A stretch of DNA of 64,000 nucleotides. Origin: a virus. Under the pieces are notes generated by a model. It was not told the origin of the DNA and ran no database searches. It was given only the letters and a program-made list of their open reading frames with translations. The stretch is from IMG/VR virus record IMGVR_UViG_3300035180_002250, positions 67,685 to 131,684 of that record; one strand, 5' to 3'. Position numbers and translations under genes: made by a program. Shown here piece by piece: positions 27,214-37,470 of the stretch (position 1 is the stretch's first letter; each line of letters opens with the position of its first letter).

Positions 27214-29286
27214 TCAAGACCCTAAATAAATTACATCCAATATAAAATCTGTGTCTATTATAATTTCATTCAAAGAAGAATAAGCCATAGCACTATTATA
27301 TAAATAACCACCAGTATAATAATTATTTTCTGGTGATAATATTTCTTCTGCAACATCTACTGTACCACTACTAATATATTCTATTTCTTCATGAGATGCT
27401 AAAGTATAAATATAATAATAATGCCCATTATAAAATCCGGAACCATTATACATAATGTAGGTTTCTGGGTCTACACCACTGTATGATACTGCATCTTCCG
27501 ATACGCTTAACCCCCCAACCACTGGAGCAACTTCGTGACATGCCAATGGACCAGGGATATCATAGTTGATACTGTTATCATAAGAGTACACGCCATCATA
27601 AAAATAAGTACCAGGATTTTGAGCTACTTCAGACATTAGCATGTCTGCACTAAACTTATTTAGATAGTCCTCACCTACTGATTTACTTTCATAAATTATA
27701 GGATTGAATAGTATATCAAGTACATAATTAACATAGCAAGGAAATCCACTTTTAAGTGAATTTAATAATTCACGTATATTTGTTGTATAGTATTGATAGC
27801 TATATAAAGTTAAAATAACCCTGATATAAAAAAGATTATATTTTAAAATATTATGAATTACCTGGTATAACCACTGCTCTTCTGGGTAATTACTATATTT
27901 ATTAGCTCTATACCAATTATTTATATAAGTTAAACTATTCTCTTGTGGAACTAATGCTCGCTCACTATCATTATCAAAATCATACTCATATATTTCGTGA
28001 TCAAACTCCGTAAATAACCATGTAGGAAAGCGTACACCACTTAACCAATTAGTGGATATAAGGTTATTAAAATATTTATATGGGCCGTAAGTATATTCAC
28101 TATCATATAATAGTGTCCCATCGAACACTTTAATAGGCATACTTAGACTATCACTATTATCAGGATACACCTGTGTATATTTATATCCACCTGAATATAA
28201 AGTACTCCCATCATAGTATACAGAATCATCATCTATAACACGATTACACCAACTATCAATCAGTTGATATGGTACTTTCTGTGACGAGTACCAATTAGGT
28301 GTAGTAACATAATCATATGCGTATACCCACTTACATAGCAATTGACCTATATGTAGTACGTCACCTACTTGTACTATAGGTTCAGTGTAGAATGGAACAT
28401 TGTATACCTGTTTATCCGTTATAATCTTACGAGGTGATACTTTATCAGAGTTATCTTTTATCTCAGTTACAATTTCATAATCAACATTACAAAATGGTAC
28501 ACCAGCCAATATATTTATAGCTGTTTCAATATTAAATATCGATTTTATGTTAGTGAAAAAGAACTGTAATGCCAATATTAGTAATTTGTAATCATTACTA
28601 TCTACCTCTTTATTATATAAATATGTTCCATATTTGTTATAAATATTATACTCATTTAATACTACATCTATGCCCCATAAAAGTATATAAATATGGTTTT
28701 TTCTAGTAGTTCCAGGTATGTAATTATAGGTTACATAAGTATTATCCGTTATTGCTTGATCATTAAATATGTCAACATAAAAAACTATCTTATTATTAAT
28801 TATATCAACTATATAATCAATAGATTCTTCTATAATTACTGATGGATTAAGTAAATAATTACATAAGTATTTAATTGTAAGCTTATTAGAACAATCAATG
28901 GGGTACTCAATATAAGACAATTCTTTTTGATAAACATATGTATCGTATGAATAGCGTGATCCATCATTACATACGTATGTCGCCAACTCGCTATCAAATA
29001 TTATATATTTATAATAATTTTTATACTCAACTGGTATATTAACTATTGACGACGCCAGAATAGATCGATATAATTCATTTAATTTATCACTTATTATACT
29101 TGTTTCTGCAATATATTCAGTATTTAATACATTTATATCTTTATAATATTCTTGCCAAAATGACCCTAATAATTTAAAAACACTATTACTAATAGAGTAA
29201 GAGTTAGCATAGTACCCTTGTAAATTACAAACACTTTCCGGGGGAACTATCGTATTATTTATGTACCTATGAAAAGATATATCCAT
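27214..29286 (-). CDS. Putative baseplate wedge protein
   Basis: Tyr-rich, repeated YYDG/YSG motifs; follows the baseplate J-like gene. Confidence 0.55.
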   Translation of the reverse strand: MDISFHRYINNTIVPPESVCNLQGYYANSYSISNSVFKLLGSFWQEYYKDINVLNTEYIAETSIISDKLNELYRSILASSIVNIPVEYKNYYKYIIFDSELATYVCNDGSRYSYDTYVYQKELSYIEYPIDCSNKLTIKYLCNYLLNPSVIIEESIDYIVDIINNKIVFYVDIFNDQAITDNTYVTYNYIPGTTRKNHIYILLWGIDVVLNEYNIYNKYGTYLYNKEVDSNDYKLLILALQFFFTNIKSIFNIETAINILAGVPFCNVDYEIVTEIKDNSDKVSPRKIITDKQVYNVPFYTEPIVQVGDVLHIGQLLCKWVYAYDYVTTPNWYSSQKVPYQLIDSWCNRVIDDDSVYYDGSTLYSGGYKYTQVYPDNSDSLSMPIKVFDGTLLYDSEYTYGPYKYFNNLISTNWLSGVRFPTWLFTEFDHEIYEYDFDNDSERALVPQENSLTYINNWYRANKYSNYPEEQWLYQVIHNILKYNLFYIRVILTLYSYQYYTTNIRELLNSLKSGFPCYVNYVLDILFNPIIYESKSVGEDYLNKFSADMLMSEVAQNPGTYFYDGVYSYDNSINYDIPGPLACHEVAPVVGGLSVSEDAVSYSGVDPETYIMYNGSGFYNGHYYYIYTLASHEEIEYISSGTVDVAEEILSPENNYYTGGYLYNSAMAYSSLNEIIIDTDFILDVIYLGS

Positions 29287-29320
29287 GTGTATTAATTATG
29301 CCTGTGAGATACAAACTTTA

Positions 29321-31303
29321 TCAATTATAATTCACAGAACTTACATTGATATGCACGTTTTCCGCATCGATAAAACTCTGCACTGTATTTAATGTTACCT
29401 GTAGGTTTGTTACATTGATTGCTTTCAACATATCAGATAGAGATAAGTTATTTACAGCCGTGTACTCTACAGTATTAAAAGTATCCGGATCGCGTAATGA
29501 TAAAGTTATCGTTACTGGTAATGCTACGCTGCTTATAGAAGCTGCATTCTCATATAAATAGCCTATTAAATTATAAATTGTAAAATCCGTAATTACTTTT
29601 AACGTACTAAAATAAGTAACAACTGCTTGCTTAATATTATCCTCATAAGTATTTATATAACTATACTTAATCTCTACTGATATATCCACGTAAAAAGAAA
29701 GCACATAAGAAGTTTTTATTAAAGGATCAAAACATACAACTCTATTTATGTCATTAAATATGTATGCATATACTTCATTATACACATTACTTCCTACATA
29801 CTCCAATTCAACAGCACCAACTACCCCACCAGCATACTCTGAAGTAACTGTTATATATGGTTTAAAAGGTATAGCGCAGTATTCAGTTTGATTACGTGCA
29901 GTTAACAAATATGGAACTTTTCGGTATGCAAAGTCTGTATCCACATATATACTTTTTATATTAATATTTTGGAGCACTGTACCCACAGTTACAGTTAAAC
30001 CTTTAACCGGTTTCAAAACCGTGTTACTGTCAGGAAGTATATCAGATACTACTTTTATAATAGTAAAATATCCGGAACCTTTTGGATCTAATATTGGCTT
30101 GAAATCATTAGCTGTAAGTTCTAACACCCTATCCGAATGCATCAATGGATAGATGTTACCACCAGTGGTATCCCCCACAGTGAATATACCTGTATCTGCA
30201 ATAGTGACAGTACTATTTGGTAGTTCATTCGTAGTGATACATAATGTACCCTCAACAGCCCTATAATCTCTAACTGCCATAATGTCAGCTATCGTTGTCC
30301 CAATTGCAGATACATCTAAAGAGTATACCTCTGTATCCCCCAACTTATAGGTGCTGACCTTACTTTTATATCTTGTTAAATTAGTAGAAATGTACACATC
30401 CGCTTTATTACCTACATGCAATGATGTCCCAGTCTCAACCTGCACAATATCACGTAACTGTTCCGCATCCCCATACCCTGCAACATATATATTTTTTATG
30501 TCACTAAATTTATCTAACAGTACAGTGCGTATTGCTCTTTGAGAAATAAATTCCCTTGTTGTAATAACTTGTGAAGTCCTACGTATAAAATCTTCATCAG
30601 ACTCTTGTGGGTACCCTAATGTTACAATTGATAAAAATTCTGCCCGCAGATAATAAATAGAATTGATTGCTGAAATTATCTCATAGTATGGTTGGGTATC
30701 AGCAGGTTCCAACTTTGATAAAACCGTTGATTCCAATGTTAAATCATAATAATATTCAATTTTATATCTATTAGTATTATAGTATTCATTAAGTAAATTA
30801 GGAGAAATAACCACGGGTAGAATATTATCAGGTATTTCAAACTTTATTTTATTTATACTAAATGAACTATTATTATTATTAATCTCTAAATACTCAATTT
30901 GTTTATTAAAATATAACCTAACAATACATTCCGTTTTTCGCCCAACTCCTCTGCTAACAAACCAATTACTCAAAATCATATCTATAATCTTTGAGTATTC
31001 CTCACTACCAATGCGATCTTTAACCTTATTAGCATATGCTATACTCGAATACGCCTTTGCACGTTCAGTAACATCATCAAATAATACATAAAGTAGCGCC
31101 AATGGTTTTATGATAACATCATATATTGCTGTACCAGGCTCAAGAGAACCATTAAACCCAGCATCCTTTAAAAACTGAACTAAGAATGATTGGGACTGCA
31201 TAAAAGCTGTTTGGTTCATCGAAGGAGTGTATGTAACATTTGTTAAATCATTAATACCCATAAAATTAGCCCAGTAGTTAGATATAATTCTTAATTCCGA
31301 CAC
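29321..31303 (-). CDS. Baseplate J/gp6-like wedge protein
   Basis: PGTAIYDVIIKP, ESDEDFIRR, GNKADVYI; follows the gp25-like gene. Confidence 0.7.
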   Translation of the reverse strand: MSELRIISNYWANFMGINDLTNVTYTPSMNQTAFMQSQSFLVQFLKDAGFNGSLEPGTAIYDVIIKPLALLYVLFDDVTERAKAYSSIAYANKVKDRIGSEEYSKIIDMILSNWFVSRGVGRKTECIVRLYFNKQIEYLEINNNNSSFSINKIKFEIPDNILPVVISPNLLNEYYNTNRYKIEYYYDLTLESTVLSKLEPADTQPYYEIISAINSIYYLRAEFLSIVTLGYPQESDEDFIRRTSQVITTREFISQRAIRTVLLDKFSDIKNIYVAGYGDAEQLRDIVQVETGTSLHVGNKADVYISTNLTRYKSKVSTYKLGDTEVYSLDVSAIGTTIADIMAVRDYRAVEGTLCITTNELPNSTVTIADTGIFTVGDTTGGNIYPLMHSDRVLELTANDFKPILDPKGSGYFTIIKVVSDILPDSNTVLKPVKGLTVTVGTVLQNINIKSIYVDTDFAYRKVPYLLTARNQTEYCAIPFKPYITVTSEYAGGVVGAVELEYVGSNVYNEVYAYIFNDINRVVCFDPLIKTSYVLSFYVDISVEIKYSYINTYEDNIKQAVVTYFSTLKVITDFTIYNLIGYLYENAASISSVALPVTITLSLRDPDTFNTVEYTAVNNLSLSDMLKAINVTNLQVTLNTVQSFIDAENVHINVSSVNYN

Positions 31304-31721
31304 CTATAGCTATATTATTTTTATTCACTATTTTTATACTTATTAATAACATCCACCTACCATCTTCTACTTGCATAAATTTGCACCCTGTAAATAATAT
31401 AGTCTTTAAATAATCATCATATTTTTTTATATACTCTATACATAGTTTAATATCAGCACTAACTTCAATATCCATCCTACTTAGGTTATCCTTTGATACA
31501 CTCCGTAACAATGTCAAATAGCTAACCCCATATGTAGGTTCAAAATAGTCAGTTCCTTTTTCTGTTAATAAATATTTAACAACCTTACTTATTAAGATAT
31601 CATCCTCTAATGTAAGTTCTGCATTAGATATGGAATTATCATTTAGTTCTATAAGTTTTATAGATTTATCTATACTATATAAGTTTCCACTATATTTGAA
31701 TAACGGAAGATCACTTGGCAT
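31278..31721 (-). CDS. gp25-like baseplate wedge subunit
   Basis: LLTEKGTDYFEPTYG matches the gp25 L.T.KGE....P.YG pattern. Confidence 0.7.
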   Translation of the reverse strand: MPSDLPLFKYSGNLYSIDKSIKLIELNDNSISNAELTLEDDILISKVVKYLLTEKGTDYFEPTYGVSYLTLLRSVSKDNLSRMDIEVSADIKLCIEYIKKYDDYLKTILFTGCKFMQVEDGRWMLLISIKIVNKNNIAIGVGIKNYI

Positions 31722-31734
31722 TATATAAAAACTT

Positions 31735-32133
31735 TCACGATATCCAGTTGGTTAAAACTGTGCTAATATAATCAAAATAGTTCTTCATATTCTTAGCTTC
31801 TTTAAAACTGTCCTTCTTTACATCAGTATAGTATTGATCCCTTGTCCTACTGTACAAATCCGAATACATATTACTCGCCAGCACAAAATCATACGCTTCC
31901 TTGGCACTTATAGTCCGTAGTGGTCTACAATTGTCAACCTGTGTAAAAGCGCCAGCTGCCAGAGCGGATACATCATCAGTGTACAAATCTGTTACACTCT
32001 TACCATCATCTGATCCAGACGTGATAAAGGATTTATCTGAACTTGCTAAATCCTTCAGTACTAAAACCAAGTTAGATATTGCTTTATCTTGGGTTTCTTT
32101 ATATTTATTTTCTGTGGCCATATCCAGTTTCAA
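31735..32133 (-). CDS. Hypothetical protein
   Basis: 132-aa ORF in operon. Confidence 0.55.
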   Translation of the reverse strand: MKLDMATENKYKETQDKAISNLVLVLKDLASSDKSFITSGSDDGKSVTDLYTDDVSALAAGAFTQVDNCRPLRTISAKEAYDFVLASNMYSDLYSRTRDQYYTDVKKDSFKEAKNMKNYFDYISTVLTNWIS

Positions 32134-32866
32134 TACTTTGAATTTTCTTTTTTAACAGACTCTTCTTATAGGATAACTGTGATTGTGTAATATTATACTT
32201 TTTCAAAAGTTCACTTGTTGTCAGTTTCTTTTTATGATTAAACCCTGTAACATCTTCAAAAAAAGTTTTATTTTCTGGGTCAAGGCTAAAATAAATTGAA
32301 TAGAGACTGTCTTCGTCCTTATCAGACATCACAGTATCCTTATACGCACTATCATCAACACCAGCGGACTCAATCATCTCTTTACCAGTGTACTTACCAA
32401 TCTTTGCAATATCTTTTGAAGTCCACCCTGTATAGCTATGCAACTCATCCGTAGTTGGTAGTCTGCCATGTATCGTAGTTAAGTAGTCAACCGCCGTATT
32501 ATAAGTATTGAGCTTTGTAACAAGATTCTCTGGAATACGCACAGAATTTTGATACGTATACACAATTCTGCTTAATGGTGCTAAATTATTTACAATATGT
32601 GTTGATAGTTGTACTCCCATGCTTGGATTGAATGTATCAATCGCCTTACTTGCCAACAAAATCGCTTCACTCAGTAGAACATCGTTTGACACTGAAGACC
32701 CATACCACTTAGCTGCATAACTATGAATCAGCCCACTTAACTTATGTAGTAACTGATTCTTATACTTCTTATCACCTGTCTTCTTATATAAATTAAATAA
32801 TTCCATATCGGAACTATTAATTGTTTTAGCACTATCAATATTTTCAATATTCTGATCAATCACCAT
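32105..32866 (-). CDS. Second sigma70-family factor (group 3-like)
   Basis: KAIDTFNPSMGVQLSTHI (region 2), VRIPE, GRLPTTDEL (region 3), C-terminal HTH. Confidence 0.8.
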   Translation of the reverse strand: MVIDQNIENIDSAKTINSSDMELFNLYKKTGDKKYKNQLLHKLSGLIHSYAAKWYGSSVSNDVLLSEAILLASKAIDTFNPSMGVQLSTHIVNNLAPLSRIVYTYQNSVRIPENLVTKLNTYNTAVDYLTTIHGRLPTTDELHSYTGWTSKDIAKIGKYTGKEMIESAGVDDSAYKDTVMSDKDEDSLYSIYFSLDPENKTFFEDVTGFNHKKKLTTSELLKKYNITQSQLSYKKSLLKKKIQSIETGYGHRK

Positions 32867-32926
32867 TCCACCCCAGTTATTACCAAGTGGTGTATATCTA
32901 TTAAAAGACTATTAAATAATGATTAC

Positions 32927-34318
32927 TTGACACTCCACGAGGCTAAAGCCGGTGGATTCTCAGGCAACACCGGCTATTGTCGATGTTAGCGCCTGAACCC
33001 TCTGCCCGAGGGCTTTAATATTTATAGCAGCATTGAGGTCTCTATCGAGTGTTACACCACAAGTAGGACAATAGTGAACCCTCACAGATAATGTTTTAGG
33101 AACTAATGCACCACACTGTGAGCAATTCTGACTAGTCTTGCGTGGGTTAACCTTGGTGATCTGACGACCAGCTTCCTCCGCTTTGTACGTCAGACAATCA
33201 AAGAAAGTCCCCCATGCCGCATCAGAAATGCTCTTGGCAATGTGTCGATTTTTCACCATGTTGCGAATGTTCAAGTCTTCAACATAGATTTCATTGTACT
33301 TAGAAACATAATAATTGGCTGTTTTATGAGCAAAATCATACCTCTGATTGTACACCTTCTCATGTGCTTTTGCCAATAGAACCCTAGCTTCTTTCCGATT
33401 CTGCGATCCTTTCTTCTTTCGTGCAAGACTACGGCTCCTGCGTCGGATAAGATTAGACCCTTGTCTCAGGAACCTTGGGTTTTCAATGGTATGGTCATCT
33501 GAGTCTTTGCAAAAATATTTCAGTCCCACGTCAATACCGACTGCATCAGTAACTTCGGGAAACGCACGTGCAGGAACATGATCGCAGGAAAAGCATACAA
33601 ACCATTTGCCAGTAGACATCCTACAGACAGTCACAGTCTTAATAGAACCTTCTATAGGTCTGGATAGAAACAACTTGAATCTTCCAACCCCTTTCACATA
33701 GAGATATCTGCCTTCAAGCTTCCATCCTGCCTGAGTCAGAGTGAAGGAATCATATCTAGTAAAAGACTTAAACCGTGGGAATCCAGCTTTGGCATTTCCA
33801 GCTTTGACACGTCTAAAGAACCCACGAAATGCCTTATCAAGGCGATTTATCACATCCTGGAGTACTTGCGCTACAACAGTTTTATACTCAGGAAAGGCAT
33901 CTTTTAGAGCTGGTAGCTCTTTCATTTGCTGCCAAGCAGAAAGAGACACTCGGCATCTGCTATAGGCGTCTATTTTTTGCTCAAGAGCAGCATTGTACAG
34001 CCTGCAGCATAAAGATAGCCATTGATTACAGGCTACCTCAGTTGCTTTAGTGATCTTCGCTTTGTATTTGTAAGTTCTTCGCATTTATGCGTTCTTTTGG
34101 CTCTTTCAGTCAGAATTCGGTGTCACCTACAAACACTAAACATTGATATTTGGTACACCATATTATAGGATATTTAAATTCATGACTAATATTATTATTG
34201 GATTTATATCCTATTTTGGATTTATGATAATTTTATATATTATATTATGTTGTATAATGTAAGAAAAATTCACCTTATATCCCCATGTCTAAAGGAATGG
34301 GGCTTACGGCGTTTTTTG
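32927..34318 (-). mobile_element. IS200/IS605-family element, copy 2 (both ends present)
   Basis: Right end TCAA 32927-32930; left-end hairpin CCCCAT..ATGGGG 34281-34302; TTTAT immediately outside the left end (putative TAM); tnpA remnant about 34085-34185. Confidence 0.88.
32960..34084 (-). CDS. tnpB: TnpB RNA-guided endonuclease (copy 2)
   Basis: Same length as copy 1, about 25 substitutions by manual count; RuvC D/E/D intact. Confidence 0.95.
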   Translation of the reverse strand: MRRTYKYKAKITKATEVACNQWLSLCCRLYNAALEQKIDAYSRCRVSLSAWQQMKELPALKDAFPEYKTVVAQVLQDVINRLDKAFRGFFRRVKAGNAKAGFPRFKSFTRYDSFTLTQAGWKLEGRYLYVKGVGRFKLFLSRPIEGSIKTVTVCRMSTGKWFVCFSCDHVPARAFPEVTDAVGIDVGLKYFCKDSDDHTIENPRFLRQGSNLIRRRSRSLARKKKGSQNRKEARVLLAKAHEKVYNQRYDFAHKTANYYVSKYNEIYVEDLNIRNMVKNRHIAKSISDAAWGTFFDCLTYKAEEAGRQITKVNPRKTSQNCSQCGALVPKTLSVRVHYCPTCGVTLDRDLNAAINIKALGQRVQALTSTIAGVA

Positions 34319-34340
34319 ATAAATTTAATGTACCAGAGTG

Positions 34341-36236
34341 TTATAAATAAATTCTCGTATTGAAAATCTCATTTGCAAGAGGCTTCAACACTTTTTCACG
34401 TAAAGATTCATCATTCCGCGAAGAAACATAGTCACCATCCAAACTAGTATACACAGTATCTCCATAACTATTAACTATTTCACCAGAAGGACTAGGACTA
34501 AGCCCCATAAAATCTATATAATCCTTAAAATTAACTATATTTCTACTGTTTTCCTCATACGCGGCAAGAGAGTCATATTGAGCATCATGCTTTATATAAT
34601 CCTTCTTTAACGACGTATAATCTACCGCGTCTGAATTAATCATTGAACCATAAACATTACTCATAACATCAGACTTATGCGTATACTTATCGGATATCAT
34701 TTTAAATGTATTGTTCAACATAGTGTCTTCTGATAATTCATCCTGTATATCACGAACCAACCCAAGTGTGACAGTAGTACTCATTCCACGTTTTCCCAAT
34801 TGATGCTGCAACCCCAAAACATACCCAACAAAAATAAACCCTGTTTCCTCCGTATCATAAACCACTGCCGGGAATCCCTGTACAATATATGGGTTAAACG
34901 CAGTAGTCACAGTGAAATTTCTACTTTCAAGAATTTTCATCTGTAACTGGCTCTTCATAATATTCTTTTTGTAATCAACTAATGACGAACTACCAGTAAT
35001 ATCCTTATCTGTGAGAAACGTAGTCCATGGAGGAGCGGAACAATCATAAAGAAACGGGCCAGTGTGCGTTTCAGAAGATAATAATTCACTTGACAGCATA
35101 TCTTTCTTGGACTTTGCAGCACTGAGAATAGATGATTGATCCGTATATTTTTCCGTTGGATAATAATCCAAGTACCCCATGGCTGCTACTGGATCAGGGG
35201 AATCATATACCCCTGGAACTTTAAATAAGTCTCGTACTCTTATTCTTGTTGGTACCGCATGAGTATTTTCGAATGTTTGTATCGAACCAACATGACTCTT
35301 AAAAATAATATTACATAAAGGTGGAACAGCCTCGTACAACATCGGTTTAAGACACATAAAATTAATCTTAGAAGCCGTACCAGATGGATTGGTAATCAAA
35401 CTGAATTCATACTCCATCTTTTCCAAAATAAACGTTAGTATCTCAAACAACGACCCATAATTAGGCCCAAACGATTGTGATGAATAACTATAAAGCTGAC
35501 GTAACGCTGCATCTGAAGTTATTCCACTTAGCAATGGGAAACAGTTATCATTAAATTCATTCTTCTCGTCAAAGATACTTAACGTCGGGTACCGCTTATC
35601 CATTTTCAATGTTTTAAAATACTTACTATAGAAATCACTTAATTCTGAAGGTGTATTCTCTACATACCCTTGTTTCTCTTGAATGAAATTAACAATATTT
35701 GTTAATAAATCCGTAGGGTGTTCAATCAACTTACCTGATATTGAAATGCCTTTCGTAAACAATGATAACGGAAATACGTCTTTTAATTGATAACTACTTA
35801 GTGCCGCTAAAGCTTGCCCTGGTATATATGGATTGAATAAATTTTTATCAGCAAATAAAAACTCCAATTTCACATCTTGAAAAACTATACCATGGCTGAC
35901 ACAATTAATAATAAACTCCTTATTTCTATCTGTGCTTACATACCCAAATCCAGAAATTTCCCCCTCAAATATTAAAATAAAATCGGTATTAGGATCACCA
36001 CTAAATTTATGTTCAGAGGTAGCTTTAGATTTAGGTTTATAAAAGGTATTTGCCAAAAACACTTGAACAGGGATTCGATCCCTTCTACCAATACCATATA
36101 ATCTATAATCGGGAGAAATAGATAAGCTACATCGAGGGATATTTGAATACGACGTATTTATTGTTACTGAATTTACAGGTATAAGAATACCTGCTATATA
36201 AACTCGAATATCGATGTAAAATAGTGAATTTGACAT
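34341..36236 (-). CDS. Putative baseplate hub protein
   Basis: IFEGEISG N-terminus and FNPYIVQGFP..GYVLGLQH..TTVTL C-terminus resemble hub proteins; downstream of tape measure. Confidence 0.55.
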   Translation of the reverse strand: MSNSLFYIDIRVYIAGILIPVNSVTINTSYSNIPRCSLSISPDYRLYGIGRRDRIPVQVFLANTFYKPKSKATSEHKFSGDPNTDFILIFEGEISGFGYVSTDRNKEFIINCVSHGIVFQDVKLEFLFADKNLFNPYIPGQALAALSSYQLKDVFPLSLFTKGISISGKLIEHPTDLLTNIVNFIQEKQGYVENTPSELSDFYSKYFKTLKMDKRYPTLSIFDEKNEFNDNCFPLLSGITSDAALRQLYSYSSQSFGPNYGSLFEILTFILEKMEYEFSLITNPSGTASKINFMCLKPMLYEAVPPLCNIIFKSHVGSIQTFENTHAVPTRIRVRDLFKVPGVYDSPDPVAAMGYLDYYPTEKYTDQSSILSAAKSKKDMLSSELLSSETHTGPFLYDCSAPPWTTFLTDKDITGSSSLVDYKKNIMKSQLQMKILESRNFTVTTAFNPYIVQGFPAVVYDTEETGFIFVGYVLGLQHQLGKRGMSTTVTLGLVRDIQDELSEDTMLNNTFKMISDKYTHKSDVMSNVYGSMINSDAVDYTSLKKDYIKHDAQYDSLAAYEENSRNIVNFKDYIDFMGLSPSPSGEIVNSYGDTVYTSLDGDYVSSRNDESLREKVLKPLANEIFNTRIYL

Positions 36237-36244
36237 TTAATATA

Positions 36245-36844
36245 TTATTCCTTAGTTACGGAATACCTAAGATCAACTCCTGGGTTACCACCTTCAACTT
36301 GTGTTATCGTATGTTTGAATACCAAAAACTTGAATTGCACGTCTGCAAAATCATCCACATCAGACGTTCTCTGAATACTTAAATTCATCATCGCTCCTGC
36401 TACTGTAGTCTGACATTCCCTGTAAAAACTGATGTACGGCATAATATTATAACGTGCAACACACGAAAGCCTGAATAACTTAGTGTACAACAGCATCAAC
36501 ACCTTTTTGTTATCCTGGGACCCGTGCAACATCGATAACTTACCTGAAAACTGTATCAGGGGTATCTCTCTTCCAAAAAATTGTAGATTAAAATAGTCCC
36601 CTACAAATTCAGTAAGCTGTGATACCTCCTGACCTACATACTGTGACGAGGTAATAATCAAATCCAATTGAATATCAGCCAAAGCACCTGGAATGTAATC
36701 CAACACATCCTCAGGTATTTTCTGGTCAGAAACATATTTTTTAAGATCAGCATACCCAGAGGAATCTATGAAAAAAGCGGCAGCTCCTGACAAATCATGC
36801 GTATTAATTGACGATGCTGAAATAAACTTTTGTTCTGGAAACAT
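36245..36844 (-). CDS. Putative tail/baseplate protein
   Basis: Tail-module position; FFGRE..FSGKL. Confidence 0.5.
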   Translation of the reverse strand: MFPEQKFISASSINTHDLSGAAAFFIDSSGYADLKKYVSDQKIPEDVLDYIPGALADIQLDLIITSSQYVGQEVSQLTEFVGDYFNLQFFGREIPLIQFSGKLSMLHGSQDNKKVLMLLYTKLFRLSCVARYNIMPYISFYRECQTTVAGAMMNLSIQRTSDVDDFADVQFKFLVFKHTITQVEGGNPGVDLRYSVTKE

Positions 36845-36849
36845 AAAAG

Positions 36850-37419
36850 TTAACTTGTACTTTGATCAAAGTGTTTATATTTGAACCCGGTTCCTGTTAA
36901 TAGAAATGGAACCATATTATCCGGATTTGAATTACTACTATCTATTACAAAATCAAACATATCTGGTTTAAATATAAAAAAAGTACCCTCTACCCATACA
37001 TTTAAATCGAACTTGAATCTGGACTGACTGTAACCACGTATAAAGCTATTATATAAATTAATAAAATCAATTAAGTGATTTATCTTTGTATCATTATTTA
37101 AATACCCAGATAATACTACTTTAACCGGGACTGCCCCTGATCCAAATACAGCAAAAGCATCAGACAAATATCTACTACCTGAAAATGCCTCAGTATGATC
37201 TTCACTGAATCTACTCAAAATAAAATTATAATAATTTCTACTTTGTATTAATTTAGAATAAATATTCTTTTCTGCTTCAGACATATCATACGTGTATCTA
37301 TCCTCAAGATTAGTAGAATCGTCAAGAGTAATAGACATATAATAAATTTTTGATAAATCTGTATCCGCGTCAATTAAAGCACCATCAACTTGACCAGTTT
37401 TATTTTTCTTGAAATACAT
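36850..37419 (-). CDS. Putative tail/baseplate protein
   Basis: Tail-module position directly after tape measure. Confidence 0.5.
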   Translation of the reverse strand: MYFKKNKTGQVDGALIDADTDLSKIYYMSITLDDSTNLEDRYTYDMSEAEKNIYSKLIQSRNYYNFILSRFSEDHTEAFSGSRYLSDAFAVFGSGAVPVKVVLSGYLNNDTKINHLIDFINLYNSFIRGYSQSRFKFDLNVWVEGTFFIFKPDMFDFVIDSSNSNPDNMVPFLLTGTGFKYKHFDQSTS

Positions 37420-37470
37420 AGTTTATCACTGTTATTAATGAATTAATATACTTATCTTATGCGTTACTTG

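Noticed and set aside
5615-34084. Nuclease-dead TnpB regulators (TldR-like)
   Set aside because: Both copies keep RuvC D, E and D residues and have IS right ends
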